Source: an uncultured virus (IMG/VR IMGVR_UViG_3300033121_002345)
Taxonomy: Duplodnaviria > Heunggongvirae > Uroviricota > Caudoviricetes
Direction: 5' to 3' (one strand)
DNA length: 62,838 nt
Virus record (IMG/VR): IMGVR_UViG_3300033121_002345
The translations under genes were made by a program, and so were the position numbers. Positions 11,001-20,372 of the stretch are shown in pieces. Positions within the stretch are counted from its first letter, which is position 1; every line of letters begins with the position of its first letter. Below the pieces are notes generated by a model. It made no database searches. It was not told where the DNA came from and was given only the letters and a program-made list of their open reading frames with translations.

Positions 11001-12534
11001 CTACGCGGCGGTCGGTACGCCCAGGATCCACTGTAGAGCCCGGCTCAGCCCCAGGAGGAGGCAAGGGTGCCGACGGGTCTTCGGCAGCGTCCTCTTCAGA
11101 GGAAGAGGCTCCCGAAAAATCACCAGATCCGGCTTCCTCTGGGGCAATTCCGTATCCAGCGAGAATCACGAGAAGCTGGCGGTACCTCGTGCGCTCTCGA
11201 TCAGAAAGAGAACCTTCTCCACTTTCCTGAACACGGCGGTGCAGGGGTTGGAACTCCGCGGCGGCTCGGTTCGCTTCTTCCTCACCAGTGGTTCGTGAGG
11301 CCGCACGGCTACTAAGGGCGCGTGCGTCGGCGTGTGCCCGCAAACCATCTGACGTTCCCGGCAAAAATGTCAGGGCCGCAATCAATTCTGGAAGATTCAG
11401 AGTGGACCATGGATTCGAGACCGTCGTGGAGCCCGCTACGAGGTCTGCAAAGAACCCGGTATTGAATTGGCGGTTTCCCTGCTCAGCAAACGTGCGGAAC
11501 ACGTTGATGCCGGAGATGGGGCTTTCGTTTGTCGGGTCCGCTGCTGCTGTTGTCTGAGACCCCGGCAGAACTGCGAACATGGTGTTCGTGTTCACCCGCA
11601 TCTTCGACATGAGGTAACGAATGTCGACGCAGGAGATCTGCATCGTATTGAGACCGTCGATGTAGTTCTCGTTAACAGGCTTCGAGATGATGAAGCCAGT
11701 AAACGCCGGAATCCATTCGTCCAGCTCTGAGGCAGGGTTACGAATCCAAACACGCACAGCGTCGTGCTTGTGGAAGATGGTGCTCCACAAGTGGAGAGGG
11801 AATCGACGACCGCCCGAGTCGGGGTCCACGGGGTTATAGTCGAGACGACTCTTACGAGCGTACATGTTGGCCTTGACGGTCTCGTCGTAATCGAACGAGT
11901 TTCCAAGGCCAGAAGGAGACGCACGGCGAAATACACCCTGGAGATTTTCGGGTGTCAGGGTGAATCGGTGTGCGGCGTTATCGAGGGTGAAGTCGCACTT
12001 GTTGAAATCAGTGCCGAATCCGAAAGTTACGGACACCGTTCCTGTCAGAAAGGGGCTTACGTCTTCGCCCTCAACGTAGACAATCACGTCGTGACTGAAG
12101 GCCTGATGAATTTGCTCCGTGAAGAAGTGCGGGGCACTTCCCATACGGGATCTGGGCTCCGCCTCTCGGCTGCCGGTAAGTTCATCGCTCGTACGACGAG
12201 CGTCAGGGTCCTCAGTCGTTCGAGAGGCTCCGCCAGTTCCGACCTCATCAGCAGAGCGTCGAGGGTCTGGGGCGCGACCGTCCGGGCCTTCGTCATCGCT
12301 TCCTGAGGCGATGATAGACTCAGCCAGGCCCCTGGCCCTCTCACGCTCACGGCGGGGCGTAGACCCGTCGGCAGTGGGCGTGGAATCGACAACGGAAGGG
12401 GGACTTAGAACGCCGTCTACCGGGTCTGCCGGTACTTCATCGATGATCTCCGGGTCGCGAGTGATCGCCTCCCCAGGTTCGGGAAGGAAGCGAGCCGTAG
12501 ATCCTCTAACTGTTCTGGAGCCGCCACCGGGCAT
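8086..12534 (-). CDS. Baseplate hub/tail-associated protein with M23 peptidase domain
   Basis: Hub-like N-terminal part (VIVYVEGEDV; FWVSGCGDLVF); C-terminal HQGVD...HLHFE zinc M23 (LytM) motifs. Confidence 0.75.
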   Translation of the reverse strand: MPGGGSRTVRGSTARFLPEPGEAITRDPEIIDEVPADPVDGVLSPPSVVDSTPTADGSTPRRERERARGLAESIIASGSDDEGPDGRAPDPRRSADEVGTGGASRTTEDPDARRTSDELTGSREAEPRSRMGSAPHFFTEQIHQAFSHDVIVYVEGEDVSPFLTGTVSVTFGFGTDFNKCDFTLDNAAHRFTLTPENLQGVFRRASPSGLGNSFDYDETVKANMYARKSRLDYNPVDPDSGGRRFPLHLWSTIFHKHDAVRVWIRNPASELDEWIPAFTGFIISKPVNENYIDGLNTMQISCVDIRYLMSKMRVNTNTMFAVLPGSQTTAAADPTNESPISGINVFRTFAEQGNRQFNTGFFADLVAGSTTVSNPWSTLNLPELIAALTFLPGTSDGLRAHADARALSSRAASRTTGEEEANRAAAEFQPLHRRVQESGEGSLSDRERTRYRQLLVILAGYGIAPEEAGSGDFSGASSSEEDAAEDPSAPLPPPGAEPGSTVDPGRTDRRVATERGAGRVGRMRPGVFPFFGSLFGDPPRPYATETYFPSASRGASRAVTNRQIQQRMGNWYSLCTFGTPVRHDFVPVSGAGILVEDAPPDHSVGNRRYWTEEEVHEAGRSTRREGAWHPEAQSVHFLSPGRNTPNDLLWSIDIVERGNVAANLNWTNRLQLITDACETADYRFWVSGCGDLVFEFAQYDFSPEDYGTWSEILTLDHHLTNESFDEEGGEIVTAVLANGSFVGIGNIDESRITPLNPERSVGIWSPNLASRHGLHVKVLTYPQITDVARLEQLATLEFQKLLAAADKYSLGVVFRPWLTLNRPIFNQYRERIALIDGLSWTMPVTAGQIAGQQPPSMNVTLNYTRSYDELGLPRYITGGPAHPMYFAIPADPRRSLVQSLQERVRDFESAITTLRTDGRSLTEEEFRTLRDRYRAIIPNGQATYNVIDAAFSGAPIRPEGEEDSVVAELRGLEAELDELTRTSGALTEEQRADRLEAIRTRVHELEADLRERGIDSSATHDTGGVRPRVGVSGVRSTLTPSEDVEPADPPEADEEPTCYPGDPRFYSAPCGPSTRTVPRWAAWRRSLPSRERFSIADRYSRGLVPDTEIDRGVGTWQFANEFPRIVVSGFGLRGNGWHQGVDLPMDFGEPCYAVSDGIVFYIHQSVARNGRPGQGMSLGLIHADGFVTFYRHQDHLADGVEVGATVKRNQIVSYTGYSGTERRETLTHLHFETGAIFGSDAFNRYVGEGKRFRIVTPDERVGIHDTEGQFVDLSTLPAERARTIGSSRVVNGIGDEYTEYLTRWDPELVSRFNLGFLRRRDGSLGLGARAVLLYNPVPNSEPFSAAETVGRPGPDTDVISLQEYYDQFGLKGIPTLRMAAEPTRFAPEDVPEIPEGVSDRRRRRLEQERAAIVSRNERLAERAAAYTTSRNAQVAIFANEVPPNTCPPERYEGDIPRQAGEPLPSRERLTRETAEAAVRRSS

Positions 12535-12573
12535 GAGTCGAACCTCAAGGTTATCCGCAGATAACCTGCGTGG

Positions 12574-13206
12574 TTACTCTTGCGGCGTCACCGGGGCTTC
12601 TTCTGGCTTCTCCTGAGCGGGAGAGGGGCTAGAAGTGCCACGGGCAGCCAGAATAGCATGTCTCAGAGTCTCCAGGTGAGAAAAGCACATCTGGCTCTTC
12701 ACAATAGAGTCGAGGTGGTACTGGTACCAGAGGTCCAGAATTGGGCTGTCCGAGACGCCCACAGTACGCAACGAGTCGTGAGCGTAAACCGTCTCCATTC
12801 CGGAGCGGCCACGTCCCAAAAGATCGCAGTCCACGACGTAGACATCCGACCGAGATAGAACCCAAAGATCCAGAAGGATCCGATACTCAGTGCTCCGAGC
12901 ACTCTCTTGAACCAATTGCAGGATCTTCTCGATGTCTGGAGACATCAACAGGTCCAAGAGGCGCGAGGTGTATCCCTGCACCAGCTTCATGCTCATCTTC
13001 TGAGCCGTGAGAGCCGAAGCAGCCCGGCCCCTCAGGATCTGGAGAAGGCCCTTCGTAACCGAACCACCAGAGAGGTAGAAATGGTACGGGGAGTTCTCGT
13101 TCTCTACTTCCGAGCGAACAAGGGTTTCGATCCAACGAGGTGGCTTTGCCGCCACCTCAGAAGGGTATCCCAGGTAAACCACAATCTTCCGATCGGGATA
13201 CATCAC
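12574..13206 (-). CDS. Nucleoside 2-deoxyribosyltransferase-like protein
   Basis: N-terminal VYLGYP and D...RSDVYVVD...SGMETVYA resemble NDT/MilB/Rcl family motifs. Confidence 0.45.
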   Translation of the reverse strand: MMYPDRKIVVYLGYPSEVAAKPPRWIETLVRSEVENENSPYHFYLSGGSVTKGLLQILRGRAASALTAQKMSMKLVQGYTSRLLDLLMSPDIEKILQLVQESARSTEYRILLDLWVLSRSDVYVVDCDLLGRGRSGMETVYAHDSLRTVGVSDSPILDLWYQYHLDSIVKSQMCFSHLETLRHAILAARGTSSPSPAQEKPEEAPVTPQE

Positions 13207-13838
13207 TCTTTCTCATCCTCGTCGGTCTCTTCGACGCGAGCAGAACGACCCACAGGATCCGCCTGCAAAGTGCCCTTTGCACCAGAACGACGGCGAAGGG
13301 GACCGAATTCCTTGGTGATCACGTTCTCGACGATGAGGTCCAGGTCCGCCTGGGCTACCCCAAGGGAGGTGCCAAGCTGACGAACGAAATCCACCTCGTC
13401 CAGCCCCGACAGTAGCTTCTGCACAAGGCTCAGGGGCATCTCCAAAGCGTGGGGATCGCCAATCTCCTGGTTGTTCCGACGAATCTCTTCCTGAGCCCGC
13501 TGCAGGGCTTGGTAGAAGCCAAGCGTGCGACGGATTCGGTCAGAGATTCTCGCGTAGACTGCCTCTTCGTAGGTCGAGATGGAGAGTTGTCCAGCCTCAG
13601 CCTTCGAATTCAGGAACAGGTGGCGAAGGGTGTCGTACAACTCTTCGCGCAGCCGCTCTTTCTCCTCTTCGAGGAACTCAGGGACCGGACGAAGAATCCC
13701 CTCCTCCTCATCGATCTCAGAGCGGTCAAATGCAGCAGACAGAAGCTGGTTCTCGAACTTCTTGATTGCGTTGTGCGCTTCGTTGCGAAGCTGCGTCGCC
13801 CGCTTCTCGTCGTCTGGACGTGAATCAGTTTCCCTCAT
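13203..13838 (-). CDS. Hypothetical protein
   Basis: 211 aa helical, charged ORF, overlapping starts/stops. Confidence 0.65.
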   Translation of the reverse strand: MRETDSRPDDEKRATQLRNEAHNAIKKFENQLLSAAFDRSEIDEEEGILRPVPEFLEEEKERLREELYDTLRHLFLNSKAEAGQLSISTYEEAVYARISDRIRRTLGFYQALQRAQEEIRRNNQEIGDPHALEMPLSLVQKLLSGLDEVDFVRQLGTSLGVAQADLDLIVENVITKEFGPLRRRSGAKGTLQADPVGRSARVEETDEDEKE

Positions 13839-14413
13839 GTACGGTCCCCTCCCCCTCCGCGCATCGCCTTGGAAAGGCCACCCTCATACATCATCTCGCG
13901 AACGATGTCGACCTGCAGTCGAAGGATGTTGTAGCTCTGGTTCACGTTCTTGGTGACTAGTTCAGCCGCTGCCAAGACACGCTTTACGCTGGAGAGCCGA
14001 TCTTCGATCTCAGGACAGGTCATTGACACGACCGCCAAGCGCTGAGGATCATTCTTGAGGAGAATGACCTCCTTCTTCATGAAGACGTTGGTGCGGACGA
14101 TGTCATGCAAGCGTTCCAACTTGCCGCGCATGTTGTCGTACTGCAGGGTGACCTCTGCAGCTCGATCCTTGATCGCTTGAAGCCGAGCGGCTACCTCCAG
14201 ACCTCGGTTCAGATCGGCGGGGCCTCGAATGGTTCGAGCGTTTTCCTCCTGCTCACGCAGGAAGGGAAAACTCGTGTTCAATTCGGAGATCAGGCTGAGG
14301 TCTGGCTTGAAGTTCTTCTTGCCAGCGGTCGTGATGGCAGACTCAATGACGGGCTCGTCCCTGTACTGGGTAACACGAGCCTGCCAGATGCCGTCGTCGG
14401 ATTCGGTTGTCAT
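13835..14413 (-). CDS. Coiled-coil protein, possible UvsY-like recombination mediator
   Basis: Long helical protein of UvsY-like size near SbcD and RecA; function inferred from context only. Confidence 0.35.
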   Translation of the reverse strand: MTTESDDGIWQARVTQYRDEPVIESAITTAGKKNFKPDLSLISELNTSFPFLREQEENARTIRGPADLNRGLEVAARLQAIKDRAAEVTLQYDNMRGKLERLHDIVRTNVFMKKEVILLKNDPQRLAVVSMTCPEIEDRLSSVKRVLAAAELVTKNVNQSYNILRLQVDIVREMMYEGGLSKAMRGGGGDRT

Positions 14414-14694
14414 CGCAGTACCATGATTCGAAGGTTGGGGCGCTGAGGCAGCGGCGGAGCCGGTACCAACGGACGAACGCAGAGCCAGGCGCCGTTGAGC
14501 ATGAGGAAGTCGGTCTTTCCAGCCCGGCTCTTCACGATCTTCTCAAACCAAGCGAAGATTTCCTCCACCTTGGACTCGAAGAAGTCGATGTCGTATCCGC
14601 CAGAGTTCGGTTTGGAAGGATCTGGATGCGTGTCGATGAGTAGCAGAACGTGCTGCTTCCCAAGCGCTTCCCAGATGACGTTGTAATCAGCCAT
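14410..14694 (-). CDS. Hypothetical protein
   Basis: 94 aa ORF coupled to neighbours. Confidence 0.55.
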   Translation of the reverse strand: MADYNVIWEALGKQHVLLLIDTHPDPSKPNSGGYDIDFFESKVEEIFAWFEKIVKSRAGKTDFLMLNGAWLCVRPLVPAPPLPQRPNLRIMVLR

Positions 14695-15742
14695 CGACAG
14701 CCTCGTTGAGAAGAGAAAGCTCCAGCAGAGAGGAGACCTCTGCCTCAGCCAGACGCATCTCCTCTTCCGTTGCTCCTTGCTGCTTTACACCATCCAAGAG
14801 CTTGTTCTTGAGAGAACCGTCGAGACTCAGAGATAGAGAGGTCTCTTGAGGAGCGATGACCACCTTCACTACGTTCTCGGGAAGGTCGTCAGGGACCTCG
14901 TCCTTGGAGTCGAAGGACCAAGCCACGTAGGCGTTCGGGGGGATCACGTCCCCCTTCTTTGCCTTGAAGAGACGATTCGAAGAGACCCCGACGAATCGTG
15001 GTTCCTCCGGATTCGCTGTGTCGACCACCAAGACGCCCTTGGGCCACGCGTCCGAGAATTTCGTCTGCAGAGGCGAGCCGCTGTAGTAGGCGTTCCGAGA
15101 CACTCCCTGAGGCTTGTGGATGTCTCCGAGGGCCCAATAGGTGACGGGCAGGGACTCATCAGGAGCTTCCTCGCCCTTCTCCAGCTCGTAGTAGCCAGAC
15201 TTCGTCCGGCCGTCCTTGATGTCCGTCTGAGACCCTCTGATGGTCTCGTGAGCCACAACGACGAAATGATCGTGGGGCACCATCAGGGAGGAGGTGCGAA
15301 AGGCCTCCACTGCCTTCTGGACGTCTTCCTTGAAGCGGTGCTTACGGTGGCACAGCAGGCAAAAGACGGTGTCGCGAATTGTGACGTACGTCGTCGACTC
15401 GGTGATGCACGAGTTCTTGAACTTGCCGTGGCGGGTCAGCAGGCAGAGGTAATGGATCGCCGTGTAGCCAGTGGCGTCTACCAAATCGTGGTTGCCTGGG
15501 ATCATCAGAATGTGGAAGCCGGCTGCATCGTATTCGAGCAGCTTGCGCTCCACCATCTCTCGTTCGGCCTGAGTGGTTGTCTCAGGGTCGTCGAAGATGT
15601 CGCCGGCCATCACCACGGTGTCGATGTTGTTGTCGTAGGCAACGTCGAAGATGGAGTCGAACATTTCCTCCTGACGACGAAGGTAGTCAGGAAGAGAGCG
15701 GTTCGCTCCAACGTGGAGATCGGCTGTGTGGACGAATCTCAT
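14687..15742 (-). CDS. sbcD: SbcD/Mre11-like metallophosphoesterase nuclease (gp47-like)
   Basis: HTADLH, AGDIFD, PGNHD, ALGDIH, YSGSP motifs. Confidence 0.9.
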   Translation of the reverse strand: MRFVHTADLHVGANRSLPDYLRRQEEMFDSIFDVAYDNNIDTVVMAGDIFDDPETTTQAEREMVERKLLEYDAAGFHILMIPGNHDLVDATGYTAIHYLCLLTRHGKFKNSCITESTTYVTIRDTVFCLLCHRKHRFKEDVQKAVEAFRTSSLMVPHDHFVVVAHETIRGSQTDIKDGRTKSGYYELEKGEEAPDESLPVTYWALGDIHKPQGVSRNAYYSGSPLQTKFSDAWPKGVLVVDTANPEEPRFVGVSSNRLFKAKKGDVIPPNAYVAWSFDSKDEVPDDLPENVVKVVIAPQETSLSLSLDGSLKNKLLDGVKQQGATEEEMRLAEAEVSSLLELSLLNEAVDG

Positions 15743-16389
15743 TGCAGGTCAGGCAGAACTCCCTCGGTCTTGAGGTAGTTCAGAATCATGGCCGAGGCTT
15801 CTTCGCGACTGAAGAAGCCCTTCTCCGACTCTCTGTGGACGAGGTAGCGCTCGTTCGCCTTCTCCCAGAATCGAATCTGGTCGATTCCAATCACTTCGTT
15901 GCCGAGTCGCATCTTGAAGCGGACCATCACGAGAGGATGGCGCTTGCACATGAGGATGAGCCCGAACCAGCTTGCAGCTCCGTCCGAGATCCTCGTCTTG
16001 TGGATGTTGAGTAGAACGAAGAGGCTGCGGTCGCGCAGAGCCTGAAGGACTCTCTCGTAGGCTGATTCGTCGATGACCGTGATGCCGATCGTATCGGCGA
16101 TGAACTTGGCCATCGGAAGGATGAAGCGAATCTCCGCAGTCTTGACCGGAGGAGGAACCTCAGGGTAGGCCTCCGGCTTGCGGAATGAGAATTCGTAGTT
16201 GTCGTCCGGCCCGATGATGTCTGGGTCGGTGTTGCCGACGAGGATCGCCTCGCCGGTATCCGGGTTGTAGATCTTCGAGTCGAGCTTGGCGGCCGGGTCT
16301 TGAGCCAGTTGTCCCGAACGAACCATGTCCAGAACTGACATGGCCTGACCGCTCGGAGGAGCGGGACGCTGATCTGCTTCGTTGCTCAT
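15739..16389 (-). CDS. Hypothetical protein
   Basis: 216 aa ORF, ATGA overlaps. Confidence 0.65.
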   Translation of the reverse strand: MSNEADQRPAPPSGQAMSVLDMVRSGQLAQDPAAKLDSKIYNPDTGEAILVGNTDPDIIGPDDNYEFSFRKPEAYPEVPPPVKTAEIRFILPMAKFIADTIGITVIDESAYERVLQALRDRSLFVLLNIHKTRISDGAASWFGLILMCKRHPLVMVRFKMRLGNEVIGIDQIRFWEKANERYLVHRESEKGFFSREEASAMILNYLKTEGVLPDLQ

Positions 16390-16916
16390 GGCTTCTTTCC
16401 CAGCACGTAGGTTCGAATGTACGAGCGCCCTACCTTCAGGGCCGACTTGAGCGTCGTGCAGCTCGTATACTCATCCTGGTCTTCTCTGCGCATAGTGATT
16501 CCGGATAGGGCCGAACCGGAGCCGTCGTACGAAGCGTGGAGGCTGAAGACTCGCTCGCCCTTGACGAACACAGCCATGGGGATCCACTTGGTCCTCTGGA
16601 ATCCCTTCTCCTTCTTGGTCTTAACGTCCAGGAAGTCGAAGGCACAGTAGGTACCTTTCTTCAAGGAATCGGAAGATTCGGCGCTCAAGTCCTCTATGGA
16701 GGAGAGGGAGACACCAAGATCCGTTGCGATTTCCTTGGCTAGAGGCCGAAGGGTCTTCTGCAGCTTCAGAGAGTGGACTCGAAATCGAGTCTCCTCGAAG
16801 TCGATGAGGCGACGGTCCGAACCAAGAGAAACAATTGGGTTTGACCCCAGCTTGAGGGTTTTGGACCGTCGCTGCATCGGTGCTGCCGAGTCTAAGCCGT
16901 GAGATGTGGTCGACAT
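16386..16916 (-). CDS. Hypothetical protein
   Basis: ORF between RecA and the next gene; ATG at 16916 (GTG at 16919 alternative). Confidence 0.6.
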   Translation of the reverse strand: MSTTSHGLDSAAPMQRRSKTLKLGSNPIVSLGSDRRLIDFEETRFRVHSLKLQKTLRPLAKEIATDLGVSLSSIEDLSAESSDSLKKGTYCAFDFLDVKTKKEKGFQRTKWIPMAVFVKGERVFSLHASYDGSGSALSGITMRREDQDEYTSCTTLKSALKVGRSYIRTYVLGKKP

Positions 16917-16933
16917 CACACGGCTTTTACAAG

Positions 16934-18268
16934 TCAGTCGCGCAGAATTTCTTCCATGTCCTCTTCATCAGTGGATGAGGCCATAGAGACTCGACCCTTC
17001 CTGGAGGACATTTCCTCTTCGGGGGCGGAAGGGCCCTTTACCTTCTTGGTCTTCTTGGGCTTTGATTCAGCCGCAGCCGCTAGCTGGGCTGCGAGTGCTT
17101 CTTCCTCGTTCTGAGCGTCCTCTGCCGCTTCCTCGTCAAACTCGTACAGCGAATCCCAATCGTTCGCCTTGAAGAAGAGCTTGTATGCAACATCCAGCTC
17201 AAGCTGAGCGCGACAGGCCGCACGGAACTCGTTGGTGCAGAGAACCTTCATCAGGTCTTCGTTGAAGAAGGCGTGGTTGTTCCACTCATACTTGCCCTCC
17301 GTCTGAAGCTGGATCATGCGCTTGTTGCCTGACTTGGCGATCTGACCTGTCAGTTCCAGGTAACCAAGACCGTCGCGACCACGTTCATAGCCTCGTCCGA
17401 AGGCGATGGGCAGCATCTCCTTGCACTCCAAGAATGGAGGGAACTGCTTGTTCTTCTTGGTGGAGATGTTGATGAAGCGCATCGAACGATTGCGCTCGAC
17501 GAACGGCTTCTGCACAGCGCTAACCCGGTACTTGAGGTCCGGGTAGAACTTCCAAGCCTGACCACCGGGTTCGTATTCAGGGCTGCCGAACATCTGGCCT
17601 GGGTTGAGTCGGGTCTGGTTCGTGGCGAAGAGCGAGACGTTCTTTCGTCCGAGCTTCGACTTGACCAGGGGCAGGAACTGAGAGTGCACCGCGGCTGCGG
17701 CTGCCATACGAATCTTCTCGTCGTCCTCCTCAATTGCTTCTGGCAGCATCGAAGCAATCGAATCGATCACGAAGAGAGCCTGAGGCAATGGGCGACCGCC
17801 AACACCGGGAGTGTAGTCCGGAAGCCCACGGAGAAGACGGGCCATCGTGCGGTACGTCATCTCAGCCGTGTCGGGCTGGTAGTAGTGGAAGTACGGGTTC
17901 TTCGTACCGTCCGAAAGACGCATCCGTACGCCAAGTGCTCTGAAGTACTTCGCGTCAGAAGCGGTCTCGTGATCGAAGAAAAAGACTGGGATCTGCTGCT
18001 TGGTCGCATTCGCAATCAAGTGTCCAGCAGCCGTAGACTTGCCACTACCTTCAGGACCGAACACGTTCGTGATCTTGCCTGGAGGGAGGCCTCCGCCAGT
18101 GAGGAGGTCGAGGACGAGAGACCCGAAGGAGATTGCGCCTTCGACGTAGGAACCTCTGTCCAGAGAAACCGGAGGGTTGTCGAGTTCCTTTCCAATGCTC
18201 TCGGCGAGAGCGGAAAGGTCTTCAACGGAAGAGACGTAGTTACGTTCGACGGTCTTGTTCTTTGCCAT
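16934..18268 (-). CDS. recA: RecA/UvsX recombinase
   Basis: Walker A GPEGSGKS, Walker B FVIDSIA, NQTR...MFGSPE..PGG.A.KFY; acidic tail. Confidence 0.92.
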   Translation of the reverse strand: MAKNKTVERNYVSSVEDLSALAESIGKELDNPPVSLDRGSYVEGAISFGSLVLDLLTGGGLPPGKITNVFGPEGSGKSTAAGHLIANATKQQIPVFFFDHETASDAKYFRALGVRMRLSDGTKNPYFHYYQPDTAEMTYRTMARLLRGLPDYTPGVGGRPLPQALFVIDSIASMLPEAIEEDDEKIRMAAAAAVHSQFLPLVKSKLGRKNVSLFATNQTRLNPGQMFGSPEYEPGGQAWKFYPDLKYRVSAVQKPFVERNRSMRFINISTKKNKQFPPFLECKEMLPIAFGRGYERGRDGLGYLELTGQIAKSGNKRMIQLQTEGKYEWNNHAFFNEDLMKVLCTNEFRAACRAQLELDVAYKLFFKANDWDSLYEFDEEAAEDAQNEEEALAAQLAAAAESKPKKTKKVKGPSAPEEEMSSRKGRVSMASSTDEEDMEEILRD

Positions 18269-18284
18269 GACGTGTCCTATTGGA

Positions 18285-18626
18285 TTAGTGGATGATGGTG
18301 GGTGGGGTAGATGGGCTGTCAGGAGGATCCGAGTCTGGCACTACCGGACCAAATCGGTTCTCATACTTCTGAAGAACTGTCGTCAGGAAGTCGCGCAGCT
18401 CCTTCACTTTCCGAGGGCTCAAGGACAGCATCGATACGGCTTTCACGTCGCCGGTGATGAAGCCTGTAGCCCCCAATAGGATCTGGATGTCTGTTTGACT
18501 GACGTGTCCAAAGAAGACGTTGACGGGACGAGGGTCAGGAAGATCGGCGTCGACCCACTGATGGCCAAATCTCACCAAGCGCTTCGAGGGAACCAGCTCC
18601 ATAAGCCTCCGGATAAGCCTTCGCAT
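18285..18626 (-). CDS. Hypothetical protein
   Basis: 113 aa ORF abutting topoisomerase gene. Confidence 0.55.
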   Translation of the reverse strand: MRRLIRRLMELVPSKRLVRFGHQWVDADLPDPRPVNVFFGHVSQTDIQILLGATGFITGDVKAVSMLSLSPRKVKELRDFLTTVLQKYENRFGPVVPDSDPPDSPSTPPTIIH

Positions 18627-20372
18627 TCAGACTCCCTCAGTAGTCACAACGATCTTTCCCTTCTCATCGAAGGCAACGTAGGACCACCAGTCCTCGCCAG
18701 AAGCTCGGACGTAAGGCCTACCTGACTCCTTGTCGACGAAGACCTTCAGTTTCTGGCCTTCGGGTGATGTGAATTCAGGGCGCAAACTCTTCTTGGAAAG
18801 GGCTTCGGAGTGAATCGCAGCCCGCTCTAACTGGTGACGATAGAACTGCTCGAAGTTCAGACGACCCTGCTCAACGAGTCCGATCTGTTGCTCAATGTCC
18901 ACGCAGAAATCAGGGTCGATCAGATCTTTGGATGCGCGACGGATGAACGTAAGCACCGTTTCGCCTTTGGGCGTGATGCGCAGCAGACCACCCCCAAGAG
19001 AATCCACGTAGGCGTTCTCCTGAAGGAACTCCAGGACCGACCTGTAGGTCCAGGGTCTGCCGAGGAAATGAGCGTCGAGCCAAGCTACCAAAGTTCCGTG
19101 CGTGTGCCTCACTGGAGGCTTGGTAGGCGTAGCAAAAGCTGACGCCTCCTCAACTACCGCGTCAGGCTCCAAGACACGAACCACTGGCTCGAAGAGCCTA
19201 CCGCTGAGCTGGTGCCAATTCGATTCGATGATCTTCAGGCCCACTGCCCGGAAGACCTCTTCGTCATCCAGGGAGAAAGTCATGAGCTGCCTCTCCAAGA
19301 GGCAAGCGCGGCCCTGAGAGCCCGTCGTCCTGAACCAGATGGCAGAGTAGAGAGATCGGAGATCGTTCGACAGGTCAAGCTGCGAAGGGATCGCCGAGAT
19401 CTGCACGGGGCGAATGGCTTCCAAGGTAGAAATAGAGCTGAAAGAAACCGGCGCCTTCTCCAAGAAGGAACCTGGAAGCTTCTCGTGAACGTACGAGTGG
19501 ACTGTCTTCGCTGCATCGTCGGGCAGCGCGCAGGAATCGGTGTACGGATACGTGATGAGTCCCATCGAGAACAAGGTCTCGCAGGTCTTCACGCAAGTCA
19601 GAGCGTCAATGCCATACCTGCGGCTGGCAAATTGGATCAGCGTGCTGAGCGTAAACGGAGGCTGAGCAGCCTCGACTTCCCGAGCACTAGAGTAGGCCGG
19701 AGTCGCCGCCTTGGCGCGTCGAACAACGTCAGAGGCTCTGTCTTCGGCCATGGGCCCCGACTCTGCAGTAGAGCCGTCAGAAAGCAGAACACGAACGATG
19801 TGGTGTATCTCGGGCCGAAACTTCCGGATCTTCCGTTCGACACGAGCCAGCTCCGACAGAGCAGGCAGCGCAACTCGATGGAGCTGAAGCCCCTCACCCA
19901 GTCTCTGGGCAAGAATAGGCGACAAGGTGAAGTGGACAAGACGGTCCGATGCCTCGCGAGCCAGATAGCCCTGGAGAATCTTCGGGTCGAGAGAGTCAGG
20001 TGACTCAATCGCTGTCTTCAGCGCAGCAGCATCCAGGGCAGCAAGACGCAGCCGATGAAAGGGCTTCTTCGCGTACCCAGCAGTGATGCCGACCTGGTTG
20101 GCAATGGCTTCTCCTTCTGGAGAGAGATCCGTAGCTGCGTACACCAGGTCTGCGTCGGCAACTGCTTTCTTCACCCTTTCGAAGGCCTGCATGTTGCGAA
20201 CCTTCCAGGTGAATTCGAGAGTCTTCGGGTCGATGCCAAGCTGCGTCTTAGGAAGACCGCAGTAGTGCCCGCTGCACGAGACAACGGTCCAGCCGTCTAG
20301 TGAGCACTTGCGCACTAGGTCCAAAAGGATCCGCTGCTTGCCCGCAGACTCTACTACGATTACAGGGGCCAT
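18627..20372 (-). CDS. topA: Type IA DNA topoisomerase-like protein (divergent active site)
   Basis: VVESAGK, SGH, ATDLSPEGEAIA, PPFTLSTL, GLITYPYTDS, EAIRP, LGRPWTY. Confidence 0.8.
   Translation of the reverse strand: MAPVIVVESAGKQRILLDLVRKCSLDGWTVVSCSGHYCGLPKTQLGIDPKTLEFTWKVRNMQAFERVKKAVADADLVYAATDLSPEGEAIANQVGITAGYAKKPFHRLRLAALDAAALKTAIESPDSLDPKILQGYLAREASDRLVHFTLSPILAQRLGEGLQLHRVALPALSELARVERKIRKFRPEIHHIVRVLLSDGSTAESGPMAEDRASDVVRRAKAATPAYSSAREVEAAQPPFTLSTLIQFASRRYGIDALTCVKTCETLFSMGLITYPYTDSCALPDDAAKTVHSYVHEKLPGSFLEKAPVSFSSISTLEAIRPVQISAIPSQLDLSNDLRSLYSAIWFRTTGSQGRACLLERQLMTFSLDDEEVFRAVGLKIIESNWHQLSGRLFEPVVRVLEPDAVVEEASAFATPTKPPVRHTHGTLVAWLDAHFLGRPWTYRSVLEFLQENAYVDSLGGGLLRITPKGETVLTFIRRASKDLIDPDFCVDIEQQIGLVEQGRLNFEQFYRHQLERAAIHSEALSKKSLRPEFTSPEGQKLKVFVDKESGRPYVRASGEDWWSYVAFDEKGKIVVTTEGV

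Noticed and set aside
1..12534. Tailocin or contractile injection system in a bacterial chromosome
   Set aside because: Head, terminase and replication genes in the same window indicate a full phage
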